A stretch of DNA of 64,000 nucleotides from the IMG/VR virus record IMGVR_UViG_3300045051_000179, positions 47,051-111,050 of that record; one strand, written 5' to 3'. The translations under genes and the position numbers were made by a program. The stretch is from a virus. Lineage: Duplodnaviria; Heunggongvirae; Uroviricota; Caudoviricetes. How positions within the stretch are numbered: position 1 is the stretch's first letter; each line of letters opens with the position of its first letter. A model generated the notes under the pieces. That model had not been told where the DNA came from, made no database searches, and saw only the letters and a list, made by a program, of their open reading frames with translations. Positions 28,971-37,400 of this stretch are shown in pieces.

Positions 28971-29783
28971 ATGTATAGGCCAGTACAACGTAAGCAGATA
29001 GGAGACCCATACACTACGCTTGATGCTTCGATATGCACGATGGAGTCGGGTGCAATGGCACTTGACTTCCATACCCTAGGCAGAGTGAAGTTGTGGGGCG
29101 GTCAGTTAGTCCAGCACTGTGGTCGTTCCTACTCTGACATCGCCGCCCACGGCACCAATCTCAATAACCTGCAAACAGCATGGAAGTATTACGGTTACAC
29201 GCTGACGATCAAGTCCGGTCACACGTGGGCTGATCTTCTGGCTGACCTCAAGGCTGGTCATGGCGTCGTTCTACAGGGTGACTATGATCAACTCTCCTAC
29301 GGCGCTAAGTGCCAGAAGAATTTCTACGGTGCTCATGGTATCTACCTGAACCCTGAATTCTACGGTACGGCTATCCTCATGATGGACCCGCTGTGTGGTT
29401 CTCCGAAGTGGGTCAGCAATGCTGAACTTCGTAATTTCGCAGAGAAGTTCGGTCGATTGGTATTCCCGTACTCTCAGAACTACCAGAAGATTTGCTATGC
29501 CATCACGGCTGCGCATCCGACAACTGCGCCTGCGCCGACACCGACGACACACAAGATCAATATTGCTGCCAATGCCAAGGTCTATCAGGCTAACCTGACA
29601 TCGACTGGCTGCATCAAGTCTTGGACTGTTACTACGTGGTATTCATCTGCTAGTTCCGCTCCTTGTCTCGCGGCGACCAAGAAGCCGGGATGCAGCAGCG
29701 GTAGCGCCACATTGGCCTACGTCACGAAGGGTGTCTTTGCTGGCAAGTGGGTCCGCATAGGCTCAGGAGTGACTTACGTCTAA
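28971..29783 (+). CDS. Two-domain protein; the N-terminal domain may be a Cys/His peptidase-like lysin. The TP-rich linker is PTTAPAPTPTT.
   Basis: The ribosome-binding site ggagg lies 7 nt upstream. Conserved Cys (DASICTMESG) and His (GAHGIYLN) residues are present. It is the last gene before the late terminator. Confidence 0.35.
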   Translation: MYRPVQRKQIGDPYTTLDASICTMESGAMALDFHTLGRVKLWGGQLVQHCGRSYSDIAAHGTNLNNLQTAWKYYGYTLTIKSGHTWADLLADLKAGHGVVLQGDYDQLSYGAKCQKNFYGAHGIYLNPEFYGTAILMMDPLCGSPKWVSNAELRNFAEKFGRLVFPYSQNYQKICYAITAAHPTTAPAPTPTTHKINIAANAKVYQANLTSTGCIKSWTVTTWYSSASSAPCLAATKKPGCSSGSATLAYVTKGVFAGKWVRIGSGVTYV

Positions 29784-29867
29784 TTAACCCTCAAAAGTGA
29801 AGAACGAAAGGGGGTGATGTGCTCATAGACCCGTATTACTACCCAGTACCGGGAACGATACAACAAG

Positions 29868-29926
29868 GCCCGTAGACTAATTGGAAAACCTGAAAAGGTA
29901 ACCTGATAGTCTACGGGCTCTTTTTT
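29868..29926. terminator. Convergent (bidirectional) rho-independent terminator.
   Basis: The arm gcccgtagacta pairs with tagtctacgggc, followed by tctttttt on the + strand. An A-rich run on the other side would serve the - strand. Confidence 0.65.
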
Positions 29927-30003
29927 GTTTGCCTTGAATATTCTAGCGCGTCCTGCGGCCTCCTAGGGCCTCTCGCTATGCCACGGAACCGGAGTTCCGT
30001 CCG

Positions 30004-30339
30004 CTAGGACTGGCGGATCAGGGTAGTCGTAGTAGGTTGTCCACCAGATACGGGCATGTATGTAATAGTAGATTTGCCACCTGATCTGCCAGAGGAGATA
30101 GTCACGTTCGGTAATTCTGGGTCCTCCCAATCTTTCTCCGGGCATGAGTTTCGTCCGTGGACGTTCCACTCGTGCCCATTCGAGCATCGATATTGCTCCA
30201 TCCTCTGACTAGGAGTATGATCGTGATATACGCCCTCCTCGTCATAGAACCTGTGGCTCAGATTCATCAGTGTCGAATAGGCCCCCAATGGAGCTACCTT
30301 GCTCTTAATCCCAAGAGCGACACATTTAGGACACTTCAT
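30004..30339 (-). CDS. Zinc-ribbon protein.
   Basis: Carries the Cys pairs CPKC ... CSNGHEW ... C. Confidence 0.45.
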   Translation of the reverse strand: MKCPKCVALGIKSKVAPLGAYSTLMNLSHRFYDEEGVYHDHTPSQRMEQYRCSNGHEWNVHGRNSCPEKDWEDPELPNVTISSGRSGGKSTITYMPVSGGQPTTTTLIRQS

Positions 30340-30551
30340 GCTGGGACCTTCTTCAGTGTCTTATTCTTGGGAAGGTAGATGGTTATGGTCTGATGTAGGT
30401 CACCGGGAGGGTATGCCCAATCTCGACTGCCATCATATGGTGCGTCCCATAGGTCTCGATTAGTATCTATTTGCCCACTCTCAATTAGGCCCGTATACAC
30501 ATAGGTATCGTTCCCAATATTGAGTACGATAGTAGCGCTATTCTCCGTCAT
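30336..30551 (-). CDS. Hypothetical protein.
   Basis: Its start is coupled to the upstream stop codon. Confidence 0.35.
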   Translation of the reverse strand: MTENSATIVLNIGNDTYVYTGLIESGQIDTNRDLWDAPYDGSRDWAYPPGDLHQTITIYLPKNKTLKKVPA

Positions 30552-31059
30552 GATACCTAAACAATCCTTCTATTCTCGGGAGCGGTTCAACCGATCCATC
30601 ATAAAGCACAAGAGTATGAAGCAGTTCTCCACCAGCCTCTTTAATTCGAGCCTCAATCTTGTCTCTTGTTCTGCCAAGATAGCAGGAATTGTCGAGGAAG
30701 ATAAACTCCCTACCGTCGTAATTACCATCAAAGAATACCAAATCCATTGGCGATCCAATATTAGGAAGATCGTTATGGCGCAATCCTCCAAATACCCACT
30801 TAGGGTCGATCCATTGCGCGTATCTGTACGCCCAATTCTTGAATCCATAGCCCCATTTGCCAGAGACCACAATGGTCGGCGCGGGAGCAAGAAATCCATA
30901 GCGATTCATGAATCGATCATGCTGTATCTGGTAGAAGTAATCACTCGATAATACCGCATCCATGCGATCAAAGAACTCTGTGCCGCCACCAACAGAATAC
31001 TCCAACTGATCAGTCGCGTATTCGATTAGACCGTGTGCGATTTCAAATTCATTGACCAA
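30538..31059 (-). CDS. Hypothetical protein.
   Basis: A 173-aa ORF. Confidence 0.45.
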   Translation of the reverse strand: MVNEFEIAHGLIEYATDQLEYSVGGGTEFFDRMDAVLSSDYFYQIQHDRFMNRYGFLAPAPTIVVSGKWGYGFKNWAYRYAQWIDPKWVFGGLRHNDLPNIGSPMDLVFFDGNYDGREFIFLDNSCYLGRTRDKIEARIKEAGGELLHTLVLYDGSVEPLPRIEGLFRYHDGE

Positions 31060-31324
31060 TTGGGTTTACATCCTCCTGCCAAGTGTAGTGACATCTATTG
31101 CACTGAACGAAGAAGTGCTCTGCCTGTTTCGGATGTGTCATGCATAATTCATGGTAATCGCAATCGATGCCATGTGCCCTCCATGTTTTTTGAATATCAA
31201 GAGGTCTATGGTAATCAACGTATGGATCGACACTTTGACACTTTGGACATGGCCCAAATACTCTGCCAGTCCTAGGGTCGGGAATAGGATCGATAGAGAA
31301 CTGCGGATGCGTACGACCTAGCAT
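31049..31324 (-). CDS. Cys/His-rich hypothetical protein.
   Basis: The internal start MLGRTH was chosen to avoid a 100-nt overlap with the endonuclease VII gene. Confidence 0.35.
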   Translation of the reverse strand: MLGRTHPQFSIDPIPDPRTGRVFGPCPKCQSVDPYVDYHRPLDIQKTWRAHGIDCDYHELCMTHPKQAEHFFVQCNRCHYTWQEDVNPIGQ

Positions 31325-31764
31325 TCTGGCTCCTCTAAAGAGGGTAGCGAATCGCGTCCCCAATGGTCTATGATTGCGCCACCATTGGCCACATAAATCA
31401 GAGCCGCAGAGACCCTTTCCCACCCATCAGATTCGATGAGACCGACCAGTGTATTGCAGGCTGGGCATAGGATATATCGAACCGCCCCTGTAGTATGATT
31501 GTGATCAACATAAATCGCTGGTCGCTCTCTACAGATGGCGCATAATCCACCCTGTAGTCTGAGGAGCGCATCGTAGTCCTCAAGGACCATGCCATAACGA
31601 GTGAATAGTTGTCTCTCGCGGTCGCTGCGAATGGGCGGAATTATACCAGCCCTAACAGCAGCCTGTCGCTGGCCCTTAGTCATCTCTGATCGATGTAGGC
31701 CCCTGAGTTGTTCTGGATTATGCTTGGGTCGGGCGGTCATCGGTACCTTTCTCTCGGGCTTCAA
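31318..31764 (-). CDS. Recombination endonuclease VII (Holliday junction resolvase).
   Basis: Contains the motif CAICRE ... VDHNHTTGAVRYILCPACNTLVG. Confidence 0.7.
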   Translation of the reverse strand: MKPERKVPMTARPKHNPEQLRGLHRSEMTKGQRQAAVRAGIIPPIRSDRERQLFTRYGMVLEDYDALLRLQGGLCAICRERPAIYVDHNHTTGAVRYILCPACNTLVGLIESDGWERVSAALIYVANGGAIIDHWGRDSLPSLEEPEC

Positions 31765-32203
31765 ATTCCATCAGGGCCATAGCATGAAAGATGACTGAGG
31801 CAAGATGATGGCGACCAGTTTCTTGGTCCATTGACTCGCCATTCCAGAACAGCATAATGTGGCGCAAGGCTGCTTCGTAACTTAAATGCCAAGCAAAGCC
31901 CTTTTCCCAATTCCTGTCGTCATACTTCTCGGCACCCTTGCCGTACAAACGGGCAACTTCCCACAATGGAATGACGGGGATCAGGTCGAAACGAGCAAGT
32001 TTCTCGCCCTTCTCACCACCGGTAATGGGGTCCTTGGTTCTGATTTCTGGATCATGCGCTATATCGGTGGTTAGTTTAGCCAACGAACTTGCCTCCCACA
32101 TACATATCAAACTTGGCGCTTGTGTCCTGCCAGTTGCCCCCGAACCGGATGGCCTTGTCATCGATATAGGCGAGTGCTGGAATTTTCTCCGCTGTCGCTC
32201 CAT
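31718..32203 (-). CDS. Hypothetical protein.
   Basis: Has a conserved C-terminal region (GGEKGEKLARFDLIP ... NWEKG). The N-terminus is uncertain. Confidence 0.4.
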   Translation of the reverse strand: MERQRRKFQHSPISMTRPSGSGATGRTQAPSLICMWEASSLAKLTTDIAHDPEIRTKDPITGGEKGEKLARFDLIPVIPLWEVARLYGKGAEKYDDRNWEKGFAWHLSYEAALRHIMLFWNGESMDQETGRHHLASVIFHAMALMEFEAREKGTDDRPTQA

Positions 32204-32552
32204 CCACTTCGATGTCGTACTTTGCGCAATACTGCCTTAGATAGTCAACCTCATCCATGATGCCCTTAGCGATATCTCGACCCTCGTGTTCGTGCCAGAC
32301 GGCAGATAGGCGAGAAGTAAATAGGATCACCTTATATCCGGAGGCGCGGACATCCTTCACCCACTGGACGACGCCAGTAAATGGCTCAGGGAATTCGTGG
32401 AGCCCTCCCCAAGGACGGATCGTGCCATCAAAGTCTAGGCAGATGATGCCCTCCGCTACGGGAGGATGTCCATTCTCTTTGGCGAACTTATCGAGTTTCT
32501 TCTGGCGAGGGTTACTCGCAGTCGATTTCTTCTCTGCTACCGATGTAGTCAA
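32076..32552 (-). CDS. HAD-superfamily phosphatase.
   Basis: ICLDFDGTI matches HAD motif I (DxDGT). ILFTSR and YIDDK match the later HAD motifs. Confidence 0.6.
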   Translation of the reverse strand: MTTSVAEKKSTASNPRQKKLDKFAKENGHPPVAEGIICLDFDGTIRPWGGLHEFPEPFTGVVQWVKDVRASGYKVILFTSRLSAVWHEHEGRDIAKGIMDEVDYLRQYCAKYDIEVDGATAEKIPALAYIDDKAIRFGGNWQDTSAKFDMYVGGKFVG

Positions 32553-32910
32553 GAATTTCCTCCAAGGCTAGATTGGTTTTGTCATCAGGGTCTTGCTTGC
32601 GCATCATGGCTGCCCACTGAACGGCAAGGTCGAGGGAGGTTACAATGAACCCATCCTCGAATGCTTCCTTTAATTCCTGAGGTTCGGCTTTCTCCCACTC
32701 ATCACCGACCGTATCGTAGTACCATCCGCCGATTCCTATCTCACCCTTCAGGGTCAGGAAGATCAGATCAACAGCACCGCCATGGGCGGTAGGTTCTAGG
32801 TTCTCCCACGCTACAAAGACCTTACCATAGAGGGCAGGGATTAGATCAGACCACTTCTCTTTCGAGGCTGCCGATTCCTCAAAGGGGATCGGGGGAGTAT
32901 AGAGTCTCAA
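32512..32910 (-). CDS. Hypothetical protein.
   Basis: A 132-aa ORF in an operon context. Confidence 0.4.
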   Translation of the reverse strand: MRLYTPPIPFEESAASKEKWSDLIPALYGKVFVAWENLEPTAHGGAVDLIFLTLKGEIGIGGWYYDTVGDEWEKAEPQELKEAFEDGFIVTSLDLAVQWAAMMRKQDPDDKTNLALEEILDYIGSREEIDCE

Positions 32911-33227
32911 AGCGAGGGGCCTCCTTCATTTTCCAGTCTCTCTACTGCGTCACCATTGCTCTGTTCCTTGGCTAGGATTGCCATGGCCTCATTGTAGTCC
33001 TCGGTATTCATGATGACCCGAAGACCAATGACGCGAGCGTATTCCAGTTGCTCTTTGACGGTCCAATCCCTAAAGTTGTACGGAACACCACGGTCATCGA
33101 TGTCCATGATGATGATCTTGCCACGTTCTACGAATCGCGAGCGCGTTATCTCCCAAGTCCTAAGGCTGTCCATTATAGCCTTTAGGCGCTCGAATGTCAA
33201 TGGCTCATCTGAATCCAGAATGCTCAC
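32907..33227 (-). CDS. Hypothetical protein.
   Basis: Its stop codon overlaps the start of the downstream gene. Confidence 0.4.
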   Translation of the reverse strand: MSILDSDEPLTFERLKAIMDSLRTWEITRSRFVERGKIIIMDIDDRGVPYNFRDWTVKEQLEYARVIGLRVIMNTEDYNEAMAILAKEQSNGDAVERLENEGGPSL

Positions 33228-33228
33228 G

Positions 33229-34038
33229 TCATACTCCTAGTGTCAACTTTAAGACTTCTAATCCCTCGGGACCAGTGCAGATATCGCTCGTCTGTCCTGC
33301 GATTCTTGCCTCCCACGCCCGTGCCTGCAATTCAATCTGATCGACCATCGGCCCAATATCCTGTCTCACGCCCTGTGCCCAGACACGCTGATTGGTAAGG
33401 TCTGCGATGATGTTGTCCTCGCCCTGAAACTCCCACAGCCTTATACGACTAGAGGAGTCTGGTTCGAGGTAGCGAACCTCAAGAGTTCCTGTTAGATTCT
33501 TCTTTGGAACGGAGAAATCGTAGGCGGCTTGGTCATTCGAATCATACCTGAGGTTGATCCTCAAGTCCTTACCGAAGGTCCAGCGAAGTAGATCGATATC
33601 ATGGCTGGCATGATCAACGGCTACGCCTCCGTATTCTCCCTTCGGCTTTGGGCCAGCCCGTTCGATGCGCAGATCACCATTATACAGGCTCGCCCTGATG
33701 AATGCAAATGCAGGATTGAACCTGCCTAGGTAGCCGACAGATAGCGACACGCCAAGTTTTTCTGCGGTATCAACCATGACTTCTGCCTGCGCGATCTTAT
33801 GCGATAGTGGCTTTTCCACCAACACAGGCTTGCCCTCGGTGAGGAACATCAATGTTGGCATCCCGTGATAGGGTGTAGGAGTGGCTATTACCGCTGCATC
33901 TGATCGCAGAGTAACCTGATCGTAGTTGATCGGACCATCAATGATATCTAGGCGCTCTACGTCGTGGCCGAATGATTCGAGGATGTTGGCATGGAGTTTA
34001 CCCATCTTTCCCTTAGCCCCAATGACGGCGATTCTCAA
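33229..34038 (-). CDS. Gfo/Idh/MocA-family NAD(P)-dependent oxidoreductase; probably a sugar dehydrogenase.
   Basis: MRIAVIGAKGKMG matches the Rossmann fingerprint, and VLVEKPL matches the family motif. Confidence 0.7.
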   Translation of the reverse strand: MRIAVIGAKGKMGKLHANILESFGHDVERLDIIDGPINYDQVTLRSDAAVIATPTPYHGMPTLMFLTEGKPVLVEKPLSHKIAQAEVMVDTAEKLGVSLSVGYLGRFNPAFAFIRASLYNGDLRIERAGPKPKGEYGGVAVDHASHDIDLLRWTFGKDLRINLRYDSNDQAAYDFSVPKKNLTGTLEVRYLEPDSSSRIRLWEFQGEDNIIADLTNQRVWAQGVRQDIGPMVDQIELQARAWEARIAGQTSDICTGPEGLEVLKLTLGV

Positions 34039-34778
34039 TGACTTATCTCTCCCATTTTCGCATAAAGGGCATCAGACTTCACGATATCTGCTCCACCCTT
34101 GCTGTGGATTAAGTATGCCTGCTGTGGGGCTCTTGGCAGCCTATCCGATCCACGCAAAGTGCTCTCGTGCTTTCCGTCGAGCATCATCAATTCATGGAGC
34201 GGGCGAACCATCCATGAGCGCTTCGTCTTCCAAAGCCTCACATGCCAATGATACGGTTCCTCTGGCCCGAGTACGCCGTCCCACCAGTTCAATGACAGGT
34301 ATAGCCAGCCTAGAGCGGCAGGGTGCTTGGCCATTCCTGCGGCGCTGGTGACGAACTTCATATGTTCGAGCATCTGATATGAAGGTAGTTCATCTGGATC
34401 AAGCCCGAACGTCCATTCATATCGATGACGGGCTAGACCCTTATTGCGAGTCTTAGAGAAGTTTTCAAACTTCTCATGAACAACCCTAACAGGAGCCGTG
34501 TTCGGATAGTTCCACGACTCCATCTTCTCGATGTCTTCTTCTGATGAACCCGTATCAACGATAACAATCTCCTGTACATGAGGTAGTAGGAAGGTTGTAA
34601 GTGCCGCTAGACGATCTATCGGAGGATTGAGGACCATGAAGTGAACGGATATACCGGGTAGTAATTCCCGATCATCGTGTTCGAAATCATAGTCCTCAGT
34701 CGGGATCAAAAGTGATGGGTCGTCTGCCGAGTTGAGCGTGGCTAGGGGCTCCGGGCGTTCCGTCGAATCCAATGTCAT
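34035..34778 (-). CDS. GT-A fold glycosyltransferase, family GT2-like.
   Basis: ISVHFMVLNPP ... EIVIVDTGSSED has a DxD-type region. The start is uncertain and overlaps the upstream gene by 83 nt. Confidence 0.55.
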   Translation of the reverse strand: MTLDSTERPEPLATLNSADDPSLLIPTEDYDFEHDDRELLPGISVHFMVLNPPIDRLAALTTFLLPHVQEIVIVDTGSSEEDIEKMESWNYPNTAPVRVVHEKFENFSKTRNKGLARHRYEWTFGLDPDELPSYQMLEHMKFVTSAAGMAKHPAALGWLYLSLNWWDGVLGPEEPYHWHVRLWKTKRSWMVRPLHELMMLDGKHESTLRGSDRLPRAPQQAYLIHSKGGADIVKSDALYAKMGEISH

Positions 34779-35484
34779 GTTTCCTTCTAGCAGGAACTCC
34801 CATCACGGTAGTTCCTTCTTCAACATCTTTTGTCACGACTGATCCAGCCCCGACAATGGCATTCTTCCTAACGATTACTCCGGGCAAGAGAATCGCTCCA
34901 CCACCAATAGCGGCTCCGTTCTCGATTTTCGGCGCATACAGATTCGTGTCGTTCTGGTTCTTGCCCGCAAAGGAGTTATCATCCATGGTCAGAACACCAG
35001 TCGAAATGAATACATCATTGCCGATGATGACGCTGTTAGTTATGTGGCTAAGGTCGATCACCCTTGAGCGCCTGCCCATCCTGACAAGTTTTTGGAACGT
35101 GGAGTTCGAGCCAACGATAGAGTCATCGTAGACAACACAATCTTCTCGAATACGCACACCGTCCCCAACCAGCACCCTCCGACCAATATCAGTTCCAGTG
35201 TAGATAGTGACATTGGTTCCGATAACGGTATCCTCACGAACGATGGTATAGCCATCGGAATATTCCATGGGCTGGCCGGGGCGGTGCTTGGGGCGACCTA
35301 TCACGCTGTTATCGTGGATGGCAACGCGATCCGCAATGATCGTGTTCTCATGGATAACGACATTAGCCCCGATATAGAGTCCCTTCCCAAGCCTTACGGA
35401 CGGATGAATAACAGCCGAAGATGCGATCCATGAGCCCTTAATGCCCTTATCAGACCAAGGCATGTTACCTCCCTCAGACGACAT
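34696..35484 (-). CDS. Left-handed beta-helix (hexapeptide-repeat) acyl/acetyltransferase, sugar N-acetyltransferase-like.
   Basis: Repeated [LIV]-G-x-x-x-x hexapeptides run throughout (IGANVVIHENTIIADRVAIHDNSVIG ...). Confidence 0.7.
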   Translation of the reverse strand: MSSEGGNMPWSDKGIKGSWIASSAVIHPSVRLGKGLYIGANVVIHENTIIADRVAIHDNSVIGRPKHRPGQPMEYSDGYTIVREDTVIGTNVTIYTGTDIGRRVLVGDGVRIREDCVVYDDSIVGSNSTFQKLVRMGRRSRVIDLSHITNSVIIGNDVFISTGVLTMDDNSFAGKNQNDTNLYAPKIENGAAIGGGAILLPGVIVRKNAIVGAGSVVTKDVEEGTTVMGVPARRKHDIGFDGTPGAPSHAQLGRRPITFDPD

Positions 35485-36271
35485 TGACGATCTTCGTAGT
35501 ATCGATATTCTTGATGTAGACTAGCGTGCCATTCGAATCGGCGCTAGAGGTCTTGATCAGAATCACGCCCCAGTCCTTCGAGCCATTGACAAGGCCCAAG
35601 AACCAAGCATTGCCAGCGGTGCCACTGTAGTTCTTTAGTAGATCACCGTTGGTCCCACGGTAAAGCGGCATTCCATACGTGATCGGATACTTCTGACGAA
35701 TGGCTCCGTTGCTGAATGCAATGCCTTCTTCGTTAGTTGCATAAATCATCTTATCACCTGTTTCATAGAAGGTTCCCTCTGGAAAGACCCAAGAAATCAT
35801 ATCGTCCACGATGATGGAGACATACGATAGATGGCCAGTAGAACCGGGTGTCTTACCAATCCATCGGGCGGTTGCTCGATAGATGTCCCAGTAACCGTAA
35901 TGGTCGCGATACCAATCGAGGTACCTGATATAGTCAAGAGTGGCATTCTTGTAGTTATCGTACGTGGCATAGGTGTATCCGTTACCCGGAGAATACTTGC
36001 CTGTTGCGAGCACCGTCAGATTAGCATCCCAGAGCATGTTACCCCACGAGCCCGTGGTCTTGGCATAGCCACTAGTTCCGAACTGACTCTCGACGCGGAA
36101 CTGGGAGAGAGCAAACGTAGGATCGACACCGCCAGCCACGAATTGATCATAGATCAGGCTCGCTTCCGGTACTGCCGGTGAATTCTTGCTCTTAAGCAAC
36201 TGTGTAAACTTATCCTTCGAAATCCTCGGAGGAAAGTGTGTTGGGGAATTTTGACTGGGAACGTCTGTCAT
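35474..36271 (-). CDS. Endolysin, GH73 N-acetylglucosaminidase domain plus a C-terminal binding domain.
   Basis: FALSQFRVESQFGTS matches the GH73 catalytic Glu motif (AQAxLESGWG-like). Confidence 0.65.
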   Translation of the reverse strand: MTDVPSQNSPTHFPPRISKDKFTQLLKSKNSPAVPEASLIYDQFVAGGVDPTFALSQFRVESQFGTSGYAKTTGSWGNMLWDANLTVLATGKYSPGNGYTYATYDNYKNATLDYIRYLDWYRDHYGYWDIYRATARWIGKTPGSTGHLSYVSIIVDDMISWVFPEGTFYETGDKMIYATNEEGIAFSNGAIRQKYPITYGMPLYRGTNGDLLKNYSGTAGNAWFLGLVNGSKDWGVILIKTSSADSNGTLVYIKNIDTTKIVNVV

Positions 36272-36327
36272 CTAGCGACCTGCATACTTTCTATGCGGCA
36301 CATGAGGGGCGGCTTGGTGGCCATGAC

Positions 36328-36474
36328 TTACTTCTCGACCCTCGGCCCATCTACGGGATAGGCGACCTTGCGGACCTCGCCCGCAATCTTGGCGACAGCC
36401 TTAGTGGCTCGTTCCATTTCCTCGCGAGTAAACGGTCGCGGGACAGGAATGCGAATTGTGACTTGCGAGTTCAT
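36328..36474 (-). CDS. Small basic protein of 48 aa, not in the ORF track.
   Basis: AGGAGG lies 5 nt upstream of the ATG. The peptide reads MNSQVTIRIPVPRPFTREEMERATKAVAKIAGEVRKVAYPVDGPRVEK. It sits between the holin and endolysin genes. Confidence 0.35.
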   Translation of the reverse strand: MNSQVTIRIPVPRPFTREEMERATKAVAKIAGEVRKVAYPVDGPRVEK

Positions 36475-36491
36475 TATATCCTCCTAAAAGA

Positions 36492-36527
36492 TAAAACGGT
36501 GCGCCAAACTTAATTGGACGCACCGCC
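36492..36527 (-). terminator. Rho-independent terminator on the - strand, downstream of the holin gene.
   Basis: A stem cggtgcg(t)cca / tggcgcaccg with an 8-nt loop, followed by TTTTATCTTTT on the - strand. Confidence 0.5.
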
Positions 36528-36539
36528 TTCATTGCTGAC

Positions 36540-37022
36540 TTACTTCGAGTCTGGTGCTGGCAGATCAACCGCAGTCTCAACCGGTGCATCCGTAGTATCA
36601 GATGCCGTGTCGGCAGTGACATCAGACGTATTGATCGTAGTATCCGTTGTGTTAACTACGACCGACGCATTGTCGCCAGCCGGGTTGAATTCTCGCAGAA
36701 CCGCAGACTCAACGGCAGATGACAACTGCTCGGCTGAAACCTTGAGACCAGCCTTTTCAAGAGAGACAGATGCGTAGTTCAGCGCAGCGACCTTCTTGTC
36801 GGCAACATAGCCTGCGATCTTGCCCTGCTCAGCGGCCTGAACAGCATCAGACACGATGGCCTGTAGCAATTCGAACTGCTTAGCGTTCGTATGAGCCTTG
36901 ATCCAAGACAAAAGATTCTTCGATGCAAGACCAACAACTCCGGTAATGACCAGCAATAGCGCATTGGCCAGTGCCTCATTCAGTCCGGATGACTGTAGAA
37001 TAGTAACCAAATCTGGCGTCAT
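36540..37022 (-). CDS. Holin (LL-H-like family).
   Basis: An N-terminal transmembrane helix (ALANALLLVITGVVGLAS) is followed by WIKAHTNAKQ ... AVESAV and an acidic tail. The gene is adjacent to the endolysin gene. Confidence 0.55.
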   Translation of the reverse strand: MTPDLVTILQSSGLNEALANALLLVITGVVGLASKNLLSWIKAHTNAKQFELLQAIVSDAVQAAEQGKIAGYVADKKVAALNYASVSLEKAGLKVSAEQLSSAVESAVLREFNPAGDNASVVVNTTDTTINTSDVTADTASDTTDAPVETAVDLPAPDSK

Positions 37023-37031
37023 TTGTTTCTC

Positions 37032-37400
37032 CTAGTTGACCCGGAGGGCTATGGCTCTTTCCATGCTCTCTCGAATCTGCTGCACGATTTCGACGAGTTG
37101 TTGGGCGGTGATGCTATCGTTGCCAAACAAATCTTCGACATCAAGCCGTACCTCTACGGCCAACTTGTTATTCCCTGCATCTGCATGGAATTTTACCACT
37201 TCGACATACAGGATCGGGATTGCAATTTCATCAGGTTGCCTGCCGAGAACATTGCTCCAATCCAGAGAGACTGTTGCGACATCCGCAAAGTCAAATCGTC
37301 CTAATAGATCGGCCAGTACCCTCATGCCTTCCGGCGCGAATCGTCTAGCCTTGGTAAGAATAGGCGGGCGTGACCCTAATTCTACTGCGATGACTCTCAC
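37032..37400 (-). CDS. Hypothetical protein.
   Basis: A 122-aa ORF coupled to the primase gene. Confidence 0.4.
   Translation of the reverse strand: MRVIAVELGSRPPILTKARRFAPEGMRVLADLLGRFDFADVATVSLDWSNVLGRQPDEIAIPILYVEVVKFHADAGNNKLAVEVRLDVEDLFGNDSITAQQLVEIVQQIRESMERAIALRVN

Noticed and set aside
29963-30187. A 74-aa - strand ORF overlaps the zinc-ribbon gene and abuts the terminator.
   Set aside because: It overlaps gene 30004-30339 in another frame, and that gene has convincing Cys pairs. It has an aromatic-rich odd composition and no ribosome-binding site.
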